From assembly GCF_041956535.1 (NCBI RefSeq), contig NW_027192215.1, forward strand, positions 1 through 64,000: a stretch of DNA of 64,000 nucleotides, in the 5' to 3' direction. The position numbers and the translations under genes were made by a program. Shown here piece after piece: positions 61,504 through 64,000 of the stretch (position 1 is the first letter of the stretch; every line of letters starts with the position of its first letter). A model generated the notes under the pieces. The model was given only the letters and a program-made list of their open reading frames with translations, made no database searches and had not been told where the DNA came from. The stretch comes from Calcarisporiella thermophila CBS 279.70 (lineage: Eukaryota > Fungi > Calcarisporiellomycota).

Positions 61504-64000
61504 TTACTCGGAATAGAAGTGCGACAATGCAGTCTTCACCCGGTCTCGCACATCCTGATCAGGATCCGTGACCATGGTCTTCAATCGATCAAGAAATCCA
61601 AGTTGACGGAGGCGTCGTGTTCGCTCCTGGGCACCGGCAAGTAATTCGGCTACAAAAGGGAGCCAAGTTATGAGTATTGTTTGAGCGAAAAAAGTTTGAG
61701 CACAGAGCCGCCTTTAGAACACCTACCATTCTGTTTATCCTCTTGCCATGTCAAATTGATCACACACCACACAGCAGTGACCCGTAGTTGCGGTCGCTCG
61801 TGATTCATGTACTTATAAATACTTTTCACAACGTTGGGCCGGTCCAAAATCGCATTCTTATGCACTTCATTCCCAATTGCCATTCCTACAAGCACGTGCA
61901 AGGCCTGTGTGACGACTTCCTCGTTGCTCCATTCGAGTCGCTCCTCAAGAAGGGACATTAATTGGGCTTGACCAAACCCTTGGAAGACAAATTCGATGTC
62001 TTGTGCACACTAAATACAAGGAGATGGGGGAGGTGACGAACTTAGTATAAGAATTCGAGGCTTTCTATACATTTGAATATTACTCTCTTGTTTTTGCAAC
62101 AAACGAGGTTTCGCAATAAGCTCAGCGCTTCTTCTTGAATTGTATGGTTCGAGTCGTTGATCAAGCTAATAAAAAAAATAAATTATCGATCAAAATTTAA
62201 TTTAGATATATTCACCATCTATTTAAAAAAATATATATGCCTTCTCAAATGTTCAAATGTTAAGTGCTGCATAACCATATTTTTAACTTGAGATTCCGCT
62301 CGGCACAATAGGCTTTTTAAAGCCCACAACGCATTATACCGTAGCATATCGTCTTCCTCATGGACCAAGGATACCAACTTTGGAATGGCTCCGTTTTCGA
62401 GCACAGCCTGTTTCATTGGGGAGAAATCAAGCACAATGTTACTAACAGTTGCAGCCGCCGCCACCTGCACATCGACAGAAGAGTCCGAAAGTAGGCGAAG
62501 GATCGGCATCGCAATGCCGGCATCCAAAAGCGAAGTGCGCAGCTGCTTGACGGAACGGGAGAGGCTACGAGCGCAATGACATGCAGCAGCCCGGACACTC
62601 GCCGAATGATCGCCAAGATTCTGAACAATATGGGGGAGAACATTCGCTTCAATCACCTGCTTGCGGCACTCCTCGGTGAGAGAACTGACGGCAGCAATGG
62701 CAAGGAGAACATTCTACACGAGGGTGAATGTTAGTAGAGGTGCTAGTCGACAGTTGGAGTACCTAGTTACCCTCTTTAGTCGGTCTGCGTACTCCAGTGA
62801 TTTATACATCCCACAATTGTTGTTGATTTGTGATATAATCTCGGCAAGCCGTGGGATAGCATCTGTTTCGGAGGCTGCGTTTTGCATATCCTTACTCTCA
62901 CGCATCAAATCAGCTATCAGGCAAATTGAAGTAAACATGAGTGATCAGCTTACTAACTTGAATAACAATAGGATAATACCAAACACCAGCGGTGCCTTCT
63001 CTTTGACAACCCCAGGCTCATCGAGCAGCTTTATAAGCGTTGGGAGGACAATAAGTATCATATCTTCTCTGTGATTATTGATGACTTGATCGCGAAAGAG
63101 ATTTGTTAATCTGTCAACATCAAACAGTGAGCCGAGGAAAAATAAAAATTTTTTGATAGCAAAAGCGACTTCTTACACGGTAGCGGAGAGAAGTCGCATC
63201 ATAGGATTATCGTCACGGGTCAGCTTCAGAATGATGGAGACAAGCGACTCGCCCGATTCTTGAGCTATTATGCAAATTTTGAATAAGCGCTCAATATGCA
63301 CCGAAATAACGGTTGTAATTATCTGTAATAGCTACCTCGACAGTTAACAAGGCCGGCGCCGATATCCGGGTTTTCATAGCATAAAGAGGCAAGCGCATCC
63401 AATGCAGCTTCTTTCGCCTATTTGAATGACAAGATCATCTTGAAGTCATGATCAGAGATCCCAACCCATACCCACAAATTTACCTTGGCAATGTTACATG
63501 TTAGCAGCCGAATCAAAGGAGGTAGAACACCCATCTGCTCAAACGCCAACTGGTGCTCGGGAAGTTCACAACAACGTGCGATAATGGTTGCAGCGAGTTG
63601 CGCAATTCGTATACAAAGAGTGCTATCCATCATGGCAGGGCTATGAAACGAGACGAGATCAACGAGGACGACCAGGTCGGATATGTGGTGATCTTGCGTG
63701 TGTCCATTGGTCTGCGAATTATAGATTGCCCTTGTTAATAACTGCAAGAATGATGGCAGAAGGGGAGGAAGCAAGAAACTACCTTGAATACATCTAGTTT
63801 TGGACAGTTTGGCGATGAGAATAATGCCTTGATTGCACGCGCAGTCGCCTCGATGAGCTTGAGCGAGTGATTGCTCTCGGCTTGCGCAATCGAAATGTCA
63901 TGTCTCATTGCTAAACAATCGAGTAGAGGTGGGATCACGCCACTGTTGACCAAAGCCTGTACATTCTCATTGTTTCCTAGAGCCGATCAGAAAATTAGAA
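61504..64000 (-). CDS. ARMC8: Armadillo-repeat protein ARMC8/Vid28 (GID/CTLH complex), 5' part outside the window, multi-exon
   Basis: VRAAAC.CARSLSRSVKQLRTSL.DAG, A.A.VSNIVLDFSPMK, LR.NALWALK and AVWCVINLTW. Last exon ends with stop at 61504. Confidence 0.88.

Overview
Eukaryotic fungal DNA with short GT-AG introns and AT-rich intergenic regions. Gene content suggests an early-diverging (zygomycete-like) fungus; this is an inference. The window has two compartments. Positions 1-40 kb are gene-sparse and intron-poor ('accessory'): a carotenoid cleavage dioxygenase, a bacterial-looking secreted SnoaL/NTF2 protein, two 7TM-like proteins, three fungal transcription-factor genes, three NmrA/isoflavone-reductase-like genes, an SDR, tandem secreted carboxylesterases, a secreted M28 aminopeptidase, small secreted proteins, Ty3/Gypsy relics and a MITE. 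Positions 40-64 kb are gene-dense, intron-rich housekeeping genes: OHCU decarboxylase, TMCO3/KEA antiporter, GILT, G-protein gamma, an RS/RRM protein, shugoshin, RBBP4/MSI1, SEC12, MCT1, mL40, TSR1 and partial ARMC8/VID28. Strongest leads: (1) two diverged head-to-head reductase paralogs whose first 59 codons form a perfect 178-bp inverted repeat around a 984-bp promoter spacer, a candidate invertible promoter switch or conversion tract; (2) an intact gag ORF next to a deleted, decayed pol, a candidate domesticated capsid gene; (3) a 75-aa ORF that is essentially a stand-alone spinophilin/Bni4-type PP1-docking module. All family calls come from motif recognition, not database searches.
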